Notes: generated from the sequence alone by a model not told the origin. Positions 22,398-35,226 are shown, counted from the first letter of the stretch. The stretch: DNA of 64,000 nt from Neodothiora populina (GCF_041146345.1 NW_027191408.1:1302001-1366000), one strand, 5' to 3'. Translations and numbers: made by a program.

Positions 22398-25300
22398 GCC
22401 CATGCGCGAAAGCATGATGAGTTACAGTTGCAGGATCATCGACATGGGCGAAGACAGAGCTAGGAAATTGTTCCTAAGTATCAAGACCACAGCACCAATA
22501 TACATACCCCTTCGCAAAAAGCATGTATAGCGCCACACCATATTGCAGGCCAGAAGACCTATTGGTAACGTGAACATGTCGAGATAGGGCAAAAGATTAG
22601 CCAAGTTCGGTCACATGCTGGCAACTGAGTAAGCAGCATGGAATGGTATGATCGGGGGAAACACGTCGAACAGGTCAGGATCATAAATCTTATTCTCAGG
22701 TACGGTAAATTCAGGAGTATGACGGCAGGTGTAATTTTCACCAGTCCAGGTCCCACAACCTTGAATCCATCAAAGCTGTGCAAAGGCAGAGCAGGGATGC
22801 CTACTGCAGATGGTGTCCGCTTTGAGTGGTTATTCGCCCTATACCAAAGAAGAGGCTGGTACTTTCTGCGGCCTTTAGATGACCATGGGGCTTAATTATC
22901 ACCAATCAAGTATAGAGCACTCCAAATAGTCTTTGCTTTTCACATGCAGGTTGGACGGAGCGGGGCCTGTGAGTGGAGGTCGTCTTCCGAAAGTCAATAT
23001 TTTGCTTGATCTGGAAAAAGATAAAAAGAAAAGTACCCTCACCCATGCATTCACCCCTTAGGGGCTTTGCATACTTCTTCACGCTTCAGGCATAAAACTG
23101 GGTTGTATAGTTCTTCACTAAACACAATACGTCGTTATACACCTACTGTAATTGTCAGGGTCCTCGCAGGTCTCGTACGATCAAGTGCAGATTTTGATGC
23201 TACAGGCTCGTTGTGTACAGCTGTACGTTCGACTGACTGGCCCATCATGTAATGAGCGTTCTTCCTGTCGCTGGTTCATCCAGATGTCACTGTGGATCCT
23301 TAGCTTCTTCAATGGTCATCGAGCATTGCTTTGACATCCGTGTATGGCTCTGTTCAGCAGTTGAGTAGGTTGTCGTCTTACTTTACCACATCTCAGCTCG
23401 ATATGCCCATCCTTGTCTCTTGGCGCAATCTCGGTCGAGATGGTATCTATGTACCTTACCCACCTGGTCAAGTCTCCATCCTTGAGAGACAAAAACCTGT
23501 CAGGAGTTTATCTGGGAAGTGACGGGCCGGGCTATTGACGCTTCTACGCCCTCACGCATTTGCAAGACCTCCTGTGATACGACGGTTCCGAATCCATCTA
23601 TTGAAACAGGCAGCAAGCACCAGCCAATGCCGCCGACCCACGGTGTGTTGGAAAGTGGTCCCTGGATACCACAACCCCGTCATTGCGGGTCAATACAGTG
23701 ATAAAGGCCATACTAGCGCGACACAATTTTCACAAGAGTGAGTTCGCTATTGCCGTTCGTCTCCGAGTCGAGCAAGCTTGCTTTGTGCAAACAATGTGGT
23801 TCATGGACGAGGTGCCGATTCGGGATCTGTGGAAGGTCCCCAATCCTTCCTTGCTGAGCATTGGAGATGCGGGTAGAAACAGAAGGTTTTGTACAAGTTA
23901 TACTGTGATTCGAGACTTAACTTTCATAGATACAGTATATTACCGGATAGTATTGTACGATACCTCAAGCCGTCAGATTGGTCATAACATTCATTTGTTA
24001 CAGCATCGCGCCTGCTCTACCGTTTTCAATAGTTCGTTGCACTGTACTTGGTAGATGTTCGGTAAAGAGCATCCAATGCACTATTACCGATAGCGAAGAG
24101 CTTGGTCCAGTGGCCACTACTGCTCGTGGTCCCTCCAGGTTGACGTACGAGGTCGGAGGTGCGAAGGACGAAAAAGCCGACGTGATTGGTTGACAATGGA
24201 TATCATCAGAGGCACAGACCAGAGTCAATCATTCAAAATCTGCAGCCTTTGGTAGTGACGCTCGATACATACAGTAGACCAGAAACTTCAGGCATGGTGT
24301 TGGTACTCTGACTAGCACAGTTCCACCTTGCCTCAGTCTGGACGATCGAAAAGCCACCTTCGCCTGCGCCCACGGCAGAGGCTCCAAGATCTGGTGGCAG
24401 GGATCAAGTGCTGGCGTCGGCTGAGCTTCTCCCGTCAGCCAAGATCCGGCTAGCATCTAGAACTACCGCACCGCAGATATGGTATGAGGGTATGTACTTC
24501 GACTTGCAACATGTGAACGTGACCGAAATACCGTTCGGGCCTCATCACATCTTGCGGACTTTCCCACGGAGACGGTCGTGTGTTTCCTTGGGCCGCAAAA
24601 CTGTCGACAATTTACTGTATCCCAAGGCTGCTTGCATGACCGTTGACTTCACCCAGAGCACCTCGAATAGTTGTCCACCACGCGAGTCGTTCGACGTTTC
24701 AAACCCCAGGAATCGGTTTCGTGCGGTACATACCGATTCATGAAGTGGTGAACATCCATCGGGGACGCCATTCTCCACACTGTCTCGGTTGATCTTGACT
24801 CGTTACCCGGAGACGTCGTCAATTCGGAAGCTCAAGATCAACAGAAATCAGGGATAATATAACGGTCATCAGATGGTATCTCTTTGTTGGTCGTGCGGCG
24901 TATCAGCAGTCTTGCTACCACACGATGTCTAGTATACGATTACTTCTTTAGATTCGCCCACACGCATTTGCCGCCGATCCTCTTGCTGCCTGCTTTCTCC
25001 GACAACGGGGTCAAATGCATAGGAGCACTTCTACTTGACTACCTACATATGAATGTGCTTGTGTGTCAATCATTAGTGGGGGTTTTTCCCTGCAAACCTA
25101 CCTCAACGTGGTCGCCCGCGTTGAGTTGCGGGAGGCGCACCGACGTATAGCCATCGGTCGGCGAAAACACAAAAGTACCTTACCTCTGTGCATGCTTCCC
25201 TGCACGGAAGCATTGCGAACCAGCAAATTGCCGATCGACGGTCCGCTAAGTAGCTGAGGCTGTGAGGCTTTCGATGGAAGGCCCTCTTCTTGTTCTGTGC

Positions 25301-25542
25301 ATAGCGGCAATTTCGATACTCGAGCATGAGATTCTGGGGATCCAGGATCCCCCAAGGATCTAGAGTTAACCAGAGCGGTACCCTGTAGCACTACGTGAGC
25401 CTATTCAACATGGGATTAGAATTGCTTCTGTGCAATCCGGCTATGTAGGTCTTTCTCATATAGTGTCCATTGCCTTGCGGTAGGTCGTTTCATTCCAGAT
25501 TTCATCCATTTCTCCTGCCAACGTCGTCTGGGACTCAGAACA

Positions 25543-27020
25543 ATGCGCGATCTACTTTCCCCCAGCTTCAAGCTCGAGCCGGTCAGTGTGAATGACCTGG
25601 TCGCGGCGACTCTGGTATGGGGCATTACGCTGGGTTTCGGTACGTTGACGGTATGGACAGCAGTCAAGCAGACTGTTGGGTTCTATCAACGGCGAAATAG
25701 GGAAAGCCAGCTCATCACCCCATATCTCATCATGATATGGTTTGAGATACTTGTTTGCCTAATCTTCAGTATAATTTGCTGGCTGTACCTGAAAGGCCTT
25801 ATTGCTCCAAGCTTCGCATACTATTTTTGCATCTGTAAGCAATCCCAAGATCCGGATCTGCCGTACACCAACTGACTCGAGACGTAGTAACTCTGTGGGC
25901 TCTCCAGGTTTGTCGTCATACTTTCTGTTGAAACATCACCATCTAAATTCCTCTAGGTACAATTCTTGTTGCAAATCATCATCAATCGTGTCTCTGTCCT
26001 GATGGTTGATCGCCGACGAGCAAAGCATCTCAAATGGGGCGTTGCAGCCCTTATCACTGCCATAAACATCAGTGTCTATTGCATCTGGATCCCAGCCAGG
26101 TTGCAGGTGTCTGAGAATTACATAAAAATCAACGACGTCTGGGATCGTTGTGAAAAAACGATTTACCTCGTCGTCGACGCACTGTTGAACATATTCTTCA
26201 TCCGGACGGTGCAGAGATCACTCGTCAAGCCAGGTCTCAGCAAGTACAGGCCTCTGGTCAAATTCAATACTCTTATCATTGGGTTCTCTCTGAGCATGGA
26301 TGTTCTTATTATAAGTATGTTGGATTATGGCAAGGCTGATAACCATGGACTGATGCTGACGGAATCTCTACAGGCACTATGTCGCTGCCGAATTCCTTTG
26401 TGTGAGTCGAGCCTCGTGTCTATAAGACATTTCCTTACAGCCGCTAATCCTGTCTCAGGTACATGCAATTCCACCCGTTGGCTTACATCGTCAAGCTAAA
26501 GATTGAGATGTCCATGGCCGACTTGATCTCGAGCGTTGCCCGCGCGCGCGATGAAGATTCTAACAATGTATTCCTTACTGGCAGCGATCCGGCTCAGACC
26601 AGGAAAGACAATGCCTCAGCGTTCAACCCCAAGACTGGCGCTGCTGCTGTGGTCAAGGCATTCCAGACCGACTCGACGAGTTCCGCAGAGAACCAACAAA
26701 AGCCTAACCGACAGCGACCTTACGGTGGAAGCAGGCACTCCGGCGCATATGAAATGCACAACATACCTGAGTCAAGCAATACTTCGAGCGAGTGGGCAGA
26801 TAATGATCACGTGCCCGCCGGACGGTTCGTTGTTCACAGACAAGACGAGGTGCGAATGGAGTTCGAGGACGTCCAGATTGCCGACGGCGGTAAAGACGAT
26901 ATAGGACACAACGAAGAGGGACGAAGGCCGCATGGTGGTGCACAGATTCGAAGAGGAAGCGATGAGACACCGTTCGTCGAGCAGGACAAGTCTTACACCC
27001 AAGTCTGGGGCAACAGATGA
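25543..27020 (+). CDS. Conserved fungal multi-pass integral membrane protein, about 5 exons
   Basis: Several hydrophobic helices; LLQIIINR, CIWIPARLQ, WDRCEK.IYL.VDA.LN, YMQFHPLAYIVKLKIEMSMA; polar C-terminal tail. Canonical introns restore the frame. Confidence 0.85.
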
Positions 27021-29077
27021 GGGCCGTGGGATCCAAGTCATTCCTAGCCATTGAGCGACATAATGCTCGCGACAATCCTCCCCTCTGACTCAAAAGCTAT
27101 ATTGGGGCCTTCCTTACATTTTTCTTTTGTACAGTAGCGGGTTAGCGACACAGGCGCAGATTTCCGCATTGATAGAGATGTTTAGATATTGACATGGCCA
27201 ATGTGTCAAAGCATTGTGTGACAGACATTTACATAATTAGCAGATGAAGCAAGGCATCACCAGCAGATGCATTCTCGGACACATGCATTCTTACAACGTA
27301 GCATGAGGTCTTGGCCACTGCACTTGCGAAATCATAGGCATTACCAAGGTCTTGGAGAAGTGTGGCCATCACTCTCAGATGAGCCAGGTGAATAACGTGC
27401 CCGCGTCACTTACCCGTGCTTGCAGTCCATTCCAGTGGAGGATTTCCACCGTAAACTTCAAATGATCTCCGTTCTCCGTTGATTGTCAAAAAGCAAAGTT
27501 TTTTCAGAGCACTCCACGTTCCCAACTAATTGGTATACAAGGCTAGAAGTCGGCTAAGAGGTACTTGCGACTATCAATGATGCCCAAGGACACGGAAACA
27601 TCCCCCAAGCGGTGAACCCTATCAGAAGAAGATGCGCACTGATACAGCTACGCTTCGTGTTGCGATGATCAAATTGATGCCCAGTCGAGTTTCATAAATA
27701 GACTCAAGAGGGTCAAAGTAGGCATTCTATTGCGAGAGTGAGAGATCCACCATTTTATACGAAGCGAAGCAGAAAAAGATAATCTTGATGGGGTTTCTGG
27801 AAAAAGGAAAAGCATAACTTACTTAAGGTGAGCCGCGTCGTCTGGTTAGTATTGCACGGTGGACCAAGACCAGGACGTTGGCACCATAAACAGTGTATGT
27901 CCTCGCTCCGAGGAAGTCTCGGTGGAGTCTAAGGATAAGCAGCGGAATGGTCCGAAACAACGTGGCCACAGAGCATCCCGGCGCTAGATCAATTGGCTTT
28001 GTGTATTTTGTCTGGTAGATTCAACGAAGAAGAGTCCCATCGCTCGCGAAACCGGTCGCAGTGTGCATAGAGACGGTATCGAGTGTCGGTGCGTCGTGTT
28101 TCAAGTGCATAATCTGGTCCCGACCGCTCGGGTCAGGGATCGGTTAATGACAGGCTTAGGATCAGACAAGGCAGCACAGCAGGCGAGTGGTAGGCGTGCC
28201 ATGTGTTACGCGTGTGCCTCCACTATTGCGTTTTGTGGAGTGAAGCCCTAAGGCTCTGTACCTTGCCTTATGCACTCGTATGCACGACAAATTTACCGAC
28301 TTCTTTGTAAATGAAATGGCTTATTCTTCGTATTCTTTCAATCGCTCTGTTCTAAGCATTGCCCTCAATTGGCGAGGCCCTTCGTTCGACCTTGGAACAC
28401 AAGATTTTTAATGGTTTGCTATGGAACATTGTACTTATCGTTCCGCCGTGGCTTCACTGGCTTTACTGTCATGGAAATTATGTTTTGTCTTTTGTAATGG
28501 CGATGCATTGTTATTGATTAGTGAACCAACATATCGCATAGTGCACTGTGTCGGGGACAAGCTTATTCTTGTTCAAAAAAAAGACCAGTCAATTGGTGAA
28601 GCAGGTATGCAATTTTTGAACGGCAGCAATTCACGTCGAGCTAAACAATACAATCATCTACCTCATGCATGATGAATCGTCACCAGGTCTGGTGCTTTTG
28701 TCTCCAGCAAAACATTAAATACATTGTCAACAACACTGACCTGTCCATCAATGCATTGTCTTCAATGAATCATGGTTGGTTCTGCCATCACAGCATACTC
28801 ACACAGTAACAGTGGAGAGAGAGGACACCGTACTTGCTGTGCTCAAATATTTACAGTGCTCAGCTATTCCCGCTCTATCACTCCACCAGGTGATCAAGGT
28901 ACAAGTATCTAAAATTATTATGAAGCCATCAATTACACTTCTTTCTCGTCAGTTCCATATTGCGCACCACCTCTCTCATCTACTAGATATGGATGCATAG
29001 AATCTGAAATCCCCAAGTTGAACCCGAAGTTATAGATACATACCTTGGTGGACGTCCCTGTTGGCTCCTTCCACAAG

Positions 29078-29662
29078 ATGAGCAGACTCCGGATGCTTGG
29101 GAATGCAGCTAAACCTGCCCTGTGGTGCCTCGCAACTGCCATAATCATCAACGACAAATTCTTCGAGATTGTTTCCGTCAATGGCCCGTCTATGAACCCA
29201 ACTCTCTCGCCGACTTTTCACGAAACAGGCGAGCGCGACTATCTGTTGATCGACAAATGGAATGCCACCGAGAACTTGAAGCGTGGAGATGTCATCAGCT
29301 TCTTCGCACCTCATGCTCCTGAGACGTTAGCGATCAAGCGTATCGTTGGCGTAGAAGGCGACTGGGTGTATAAGGACTCGCGGCGGAGGCCAGACATCGA
29401 TTTCAATGCGGAAGCATGGGATTCGATGGGAGAGATGCTTATGGTACCGTTCGGTCACGTCTGGATCGAGGGCGACAACTTCAGAAATAGCAGGGACAGC
29501 AATTGGTACGGTCCTATCAGTAAGAGTTTGGTGCATGGTAAAGCCGTTTGCATAGTCCTACCTTGGAAGAGGTTCGGCTTGAAACCTTGGGAAGGATTCA
29601 CCAGCCTCACTCCGGTCAAAAAGGGTCAACTTGTGCACTCGATAGCTTGGGAGGATCTATGA
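29078..29662 (+). CDS. IMP2: Mitochondrial inner membrane peptidase subunit (S26), Imp2-like
   Basis: GPSMNPTL (catalytic Ser), IKRIVG (catalytic Lys), VPFGHVWIEGDN..NSRDSNWYGP. ATG at 29078. Confidence 0.85.
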   Translation: MSRLRMLGNAAKPALWCLATAIIINDKFFEIVSVNGPSMNPTLSPTFHETGERDYLLIDKWNATENLKRGDVISFFAPHAPETLAIKRIVGVEGDWVYKDSRRRPDIDFNAEAWDSMGEMLMVPFGHVWIEGDNFRNSRDSNWYGPISKSLVHGKAVCIVLPWKRFGLKPWEGFTSLTPVKKGQLVHSIAWEDL

Positions 29663-29694
29663 TTTGCAGCGGCTCCTAAATGAGAGCCGGAGCA

Positions 29695-30951
29695 TCAGGC
29701 TTTGTGATCTACAAGCAAGCCGTCTAAGACGGCATCTCCAAGAGTCTTTTCGATCTCGCTGCAGATGGCGTCTGTTACCTCCTTTGTGTTGTTGCTGCCG
29801 CCCAAGTCCCTGGTTCTTATGCCCGCAGTAGCTACAGACTCCATCGCTTTCATGGCGCCATCAGCCACCGATTCCAGACTTCCTTTTCCAACCCACCGGA
29901 CCATCTCTATCGCGCTCCATATGGCACCTATGGGGTTTGCGACGCCCTTGCCTGCAATGTCGGGCGCACTGCCGCTAATGCTCTCGAACTGTGGCATATG
30001 GGTCAGATCTCAACAGCGACATGGGATTGCAAGTGCGGCAGGATCCTCAGCTTACCATGCTAGGGCACTCCCTCGTCGGGTTCAAGTTACTACTAGGTGC
30101 ATTACCAATACTTCCGCCCAAGGCAGATGCGAGATCGCTCAAGATGTCCGCATGTAGGTTGGTCGCGACGATAGTGTCCATGGATTGAGGCCTGTTGACC
30201 ATGCGGACAGTCATTGCATCGACGAGCATCCTGTCCCAGGTCACATCGGGATAGTCCTTTGCGACCTCGTAGAAAACGGTATCCCACAGTACCATTCCGT
30301 GTCTCTGAGCATTGCTCTTCGTCACCATGGTCAAGAGCTTACGCGGGCGCGATCGTGCTGTCTCGAAAGCAAAACGCATGATTCGTTCGATACCGGTACG
30401 CGTAAAGATCGCAACTTCTGTGGCAACTGCATGCGGCGTGTTCTCATGAGTTGTGCCTCCCTGGCCAGCGTATTCTCCCTCGCTGTTCTCGCGGATTATG
30501 ACCCAGTCGAGATCCTTTGGAGAGCGTTCACACTGGGAGAGTGGTGATTTTGTGCCAGGCAAGATACGCGTGGGCCGGACGTTGACGTATTGGCCCATGG
30601 CTTTACGGATGGGAAGGATGAGACTCCACAGACTGATATGGTCAGGGACGTCTGGGCCTATTGTGAGCATAGGATCAGATGTTATGATCAAGGACCATGG
30701 AGCGTACCAGGCCAGCCAACAGCGCCAAAATAGATGGCATCGTGCTTTTTCAGCTCCTTTATGCCGTCTGGAGGCACATACCACCCACGCTCCTTGTACT
30801 TCTTGCTGCTCCAGTCGTAATACTCGAGATCAAACTTGAAAGAGCCTACTGTTGCCGCCAGCTTCTCCAATACTTGAACAGCCGCCTCGGTGACCTCGAC
30901 TCCGATGCCATCACCTGGGATTGTCGCAATGTTGTAGGTTCTAACAGACAT
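29695..30951 (-). CDS. Tartrate/D-malate dehydrogenase-decarboxylase (isocitrate/isopropylmalate dehydrogenase family), 3 exons
   Basis: IPGDGIGVEV, FGAVGWPDVPDHISLW, RENSEGEY, TKSNAQRHGM, NLHADILSDL, GSAPDIAGKGVANP. Introns at about 30652-30707 and 29989-30055. Confidence 0.92.
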
Positions 30952-31763
30952 CTCGACAGATATGTTCTATGCTAGATGGGAATTATAATAGAAGATAACG
31001 GAGGTCGAGAGAACTGCTCTGAATTGGCTATTATATCTCAATGCCCCGCCCTACGAATGCTCCAACAGGTTAAGGTTGCCCTACCCCAAATAATGACATC
31101 CGGTAAATCGGCATAGCCTGCCGCGAGCCTCACGGTGTACACCAAGCATTGAGTCAAGCGGCAATGCATCGTGATATGCCGGGAATAATACTCGTAAGCA
31201 CTCTGTTAATCAGACGCTCTTCTGCCGGTTTTCACACCAGATGGCAAGGCCGAACACAGCTTCATCGACCGATTGTGCCCACCCACTTCGAATTAGTCGC
31301 ATGCATTCTGTTGTTCAATAGGTCCATCCTTAATTCCGAACTTTGGGGGAACAATTAATGAAGCTTGGCGGGATTCACAGATTTACAGAGACGCGTGCCC
31401 CTCACGGCCACTTGGCACTCAGGGACACTAAACATACAGCAGCACGATGGCAGAAGAGGCAAGAGCAAGAGCGCTGCCGCAGCTTTCGAAGCTTCCCCCG
31501 CATGGCGTGGTTGCCCCTGTCTAAAATTGACCAGCGGTGAAGGGACTGGACCCCTTGTTGACGCGGAAGGTGCTCTCAAATGCTCTCGAATGCTAGACAG
31601 TCCACGTTGCTCGGACCTCCTGAGCTCCTATTGACCATCTGTTCCCTCGTACCATTGATATTATTTCTAGAATTCAAGTCCCATAAATTCGTTCACCTTT
31701 CGTCTTCTTCCATACTTTTGTTCCCTCCTGTCATCTCAGTTAAATCAAAAGCTAATCATCAAA

Positions 31764-32582
31764 ATGTCTACCTTTTTCGATACCGCCGGCAAGTCCTTCA
31801 GTGACGTCCCAGTCGATGCCAGCAAGGACAATGCCATCGACACTACTCAATTCCTCGAGGCCGCCGAGTCCTTGACCAAGCTGTTCGGTATGTCTCACTG
31901 AGGTGGTACTGTCTGCCATGTCGCCCGTGCAGCTTCCAGGCTCTTGGGAATTGAGTCACTGATGATCATGGTAGATGTCTTGGGTTCAGCAGCTTTCAAG
32001 CCTGTCAAGAGCGACATGACCGGCAACATTGCCGTAAGTCTCCTGGTCCATTGCAGTGCATGTGTACATGAATGTGTTGGAGCATGTGATCTGATGCCCT
32101 CCTCTACAGAAAATCCGCACCCGTCAAACAGAAGCCCCCACTGAGTCTGAGACTCTTCAAGATCTCGTGAGAAACGAGCTCAAGACCAAGAAGCACACCG
32201 CCACCGAAGGTCTTGTCTGGCTGGTTCGGTATGGCGCTTTTGATTCATATATTGCTTGGAGGGGAGGAACTAACACAGCACCAACAGTGGACTTGACTTC
32301 ACTGCTCAAGCTCTCCGCAGAAACGTTTCCTCTACTGATGAGGAGCTGAGCGTTTCATTCCGCGACGCATACGGCAACACCCTCAAGCCCCACCACTCCA
32401 TGTTCATCAAGCCCATCTTCAGCGCCGCCATGAGCGCTACGCCCTACAGGAAGGACTTCTACGCCAAGCTCGGTGACGACCAGGCCAAGGTCAACCAGCA
32501 ATTGTCCGACTGGCTAAGTGGCCTTGAGAAGGATATTGGCATCCTCAACGAGTTTTTGGCCAGAAAGGAGGCTAAGTGGTAG
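31764..32582 (+). CDS. het-c2: Glycolipid transfer protein HET-C2, 4 exons
   Basis: The spliced product reads FLEAAESLTKLFDVLGSAAFKPVKSDMTGNI...ATEGLVWLVRGLDF...AYGNTLKPHHS...FSAAMSATPYRKDFYAKLG...KEAKW*. Confidence 0.93.
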
Positions 32583-33907
32583 TCGAACCATATATATCAT
32601 GACCAGCCTATGTGGCATTTACTGCATTAGATGGAGTTTTAATCCTTTGGAAACAAAGGTATTGGTTTCAAGCGAATGACAATTCTCCTACCATCATGAC
32701 CTGGCGCACTTTTCACGGTCAGCAGGATAGAGCTAGACATGCTGAGTCTGGCGATCAATGACAACGTGCTGGTGCTTCAAGGACGAAAACATCGCAATGT
32801 TGCACAGGATTCCTAGCGGTCAACTCAACTGAAGGCACGGCAAGGTTGAGCATGCTTCTCTTGACAGAATGGTAATATAACATTGCACCAGCGTGTACAA
32901 TGGTGAACCTGTGTGTACCTGCAGGCAGCCGCTTCTCGATATTATTACGCTGCACATACAGCGCGATAAAGTGTCAACTTGATTGATCTGCGCATGGTGG
33001 ATCGTGTCTACTTTAGCCGCGAAGATCGGCTCACCCCTGCTTTTCCATACACATTTGCCGTCCACATAGTAAAGCTAGAACAAAACCACTGCATCGATAT
33101 CTACCATATTAAGCATTGTCCAGAGGCCACGTCCTAACATCGTACGGTATAAGGTGTCGTTCTCAGATCAGGGGCCTGCAAAAGTACAGGTTTCCCATAT
33201 CAACAAATCCTCCCAAGTCTCATGATGTCATGGCCGGCACGACCCCCCTTTCGCACACACAGCGGCGTGTCGCTGCCTCTGTGATGATAAATCACTCCGT
33301 ACAAGTATCCTTATCTGTAACGCGTCCCTATTCAAGATGATGACAACAACAGCATCATGAACGTCGTTTCCTGCCTGGCCGTTCAGTCTCACTGTGATGG
33401 AGCTTCTCCCTTTGTTACATTGTTGTATACCAGCTGCGATGACTACTGTCTTAGCTGGGACTACCATGCGCTTTTGATGATCGCAAGGCTGTAGACGGTT
33501 CGACCTCGCTCTATGTCTAGGATCATGGATAGCTCTCGTTGTATTCAAGGAGCCTCTGGTGTTTGGCGGTGCTATTTTGCCAAGTAGCGACAGATGGACT
33601 TACATTGAAGACGCTGTAGCCCTCTGGCATATGTCAGTGTTTCGTCGCTGTTGCATTGCATGCTCTCTTCTCGCGGCGAGGTATTTTGCTGGATCGAACA
33701 ACATGTGACAAGAAGCTAGCGACCCTTCCGAGTGCCACTTCGGAGTACCAGACAGTCAGCTTGAGGTTTCCTGGACGGTCTTTACCAGCTTGGATCTCAC
33801 CTTGCCGACATGGCACGGGATCAAGTTCACTACCGCAGGCCTCAACATTTGTTTGCAATGACTGATGATATGGCAGAGCTGCACAGGATCAAAAGATCAA
33901 AAACAAT

Positions 33908-34026
33908 TCTCCCCTCTCAGAATCGAACTAAGGACCTTCCGATGCCATATATGGCGCGATCTCTTGGTGAACCAAGAGACGACTTCAATTACAGTCGGAC
34001 GCGATAACCAACTACACCAAGGGGAG
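33908..34026 (-). tRNA. tRNA-Tyr(GTA) with a 45-nt intron (33944-33988)
   Basis: Acceptor stem CTCCCCT/AGGGGAG, anticodon stem TCCGA/TCGGA, loop CT-GTA-A^A, T-loop TTCGATT, downstream T-run terminator. Confidence 0.93.
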
Positions 34027-34304
34027 GCTTGATGGGTGGCAACCCTTGCCCAGTAACCTTAACAATCTGAACTGTAGCGTCGTCGAAGTCGGAATGGTGC
34101 GTGGCATGCTGCTGAGCAGAAAATCCCGTATGCAGTTGTCATGCACTTCTGCTCCTGTAGTCCCACAATCGCACACGTCTGCCCAGCACGCTTCAATTCG
34201 CGCAGTGGCCGGCTACATGATAGTGCCGTCTCGCAACACTCGGTAGCCAGGATCGCTATGATGTAAAAGAAAACACGGCGACCATGGATGATCAGCAAAA
34301 ACAT

Positions 34305-34390
34305 TGATTCCGCCCGGGTTCGAACCGGGGACCGCCTGTGCACAAGCTCACTTGTTAGACAGAAGTGATAACCAACTACACCACAGAACC
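34305..34390 (-). tRNA. tRNA-Val(AAC) with a 12-nt intron
   Basis: GGTTCTG/CGGAATC acceptor stem, TCTGT-CT-AAC-A^C-ACAGG anticodon arm, GGTTCGAACC B-box, TTTTT terminator just downstream. Confidence 0.95.
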
Positions 34391-34741
34391 ATGCATGAAA
34401 GGAACTCGTGCTGGTTCTGGTCATGAGCGGACAGGCTTGGTCCAGCAAAACGACACCCGCACCATGACCAGAGTCTGTATGAAAGGAGCTGAGGAATAGA
34501 GGGAGTCGACTGGCGACGGCATTAGCCTGATCATTTCTAGGTTCGTCTATTGGTTGAAGTCGTCCAAGTCTTTGCCGAGCATGGCGAAGCGAAAGATGGA
34601 ACCAACAAGATCATGCTGCCAGACGTGCTACGGCATGGCTGTTGTGTCTTGACGACGCAACAAGACCAAGAATAGACCAAGTGGGTCAGACATCGTATAT
34701 CCAGTTTATCAACAAGCTAGCTTTCCGGAAATTCCATGGAA

Positions 34742-34813
34742 AGCTGAGTGGCGCAGCGGAAGCGCGCCGGGCTCATAACCCGGAGGGCCTTGGATCGAAA
34801 CCAAGCTTAGCTA
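34742..34813 (+). tRNA. Initiator tRNA-Met(CAT)
   Basis: A1-U72 pair (AGCTGAG/CTTAGCT), three G-C pairs at the end of the anticodon stem, ATCGAAA T-loop (A54), no intron, TTTTT terminator. Confidence 0.96.
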
Positions 34814-35226
34814 ATCTTTTTGCCTTTGACTGAGGGAATTGAGACGGTTTGTGTGCGCGCGATGACCAGCTTATATGTTCACTCATACCTAACTTCACCT
34901 TCAAGGTCTTGTCCATCCTTCGCCAAGTCATGCAGATTCTTCGGTAGAACTCCGGCAAATCAGCTCAACCCAAAGCCAAGCGAAGGCATCATACACAGCC
35001 CTCGATTGTAGAGTCGCTATGTCGCCATTTTGCCAGCCGAGGTCACCGATTGCCTCTGTACGGCTGCATGGCTGATCTAGCTTTGTTGCCAGCATGAGGA
35101 AAAGATGGTGGAGAAGCAATTTTTTTATTCGTTGTCCCATCCCAAGCCTAGCATACATATACTAGGTAGTCTGCCCAAACTTCCAGGTCCTGAATCCAGC
35201 CAACTGGTTTCAATCCCTCGAAAAGA

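Noticed and set aside
27910..28158. RNase P/MRP-like P4 pairing (AAGTCT with AGGCTT)
   Set aside because: The required P1-P3 arrangement is missing, and the first motif is buried in a local hairpin.
22400..29000. Telomerase RNA in the long intergenic gaps
   Set aside because: I saw no TAACCCTAA-type template on either strand.
31764..32582. Heterokaryon-incompatibility locus around het-c2
   Set aside because: The gene looks like an ordinary conserved GLTP, and no HET-domain or NLR partner is present in the window.
34003..34019. 17-nt segment identical between tRNA-Tyr and tRNA-Val, suggesting duplication or gene conversion
   Set aside because: It is the constrained A-box/D-arm region, where identity between isotypes is expected.
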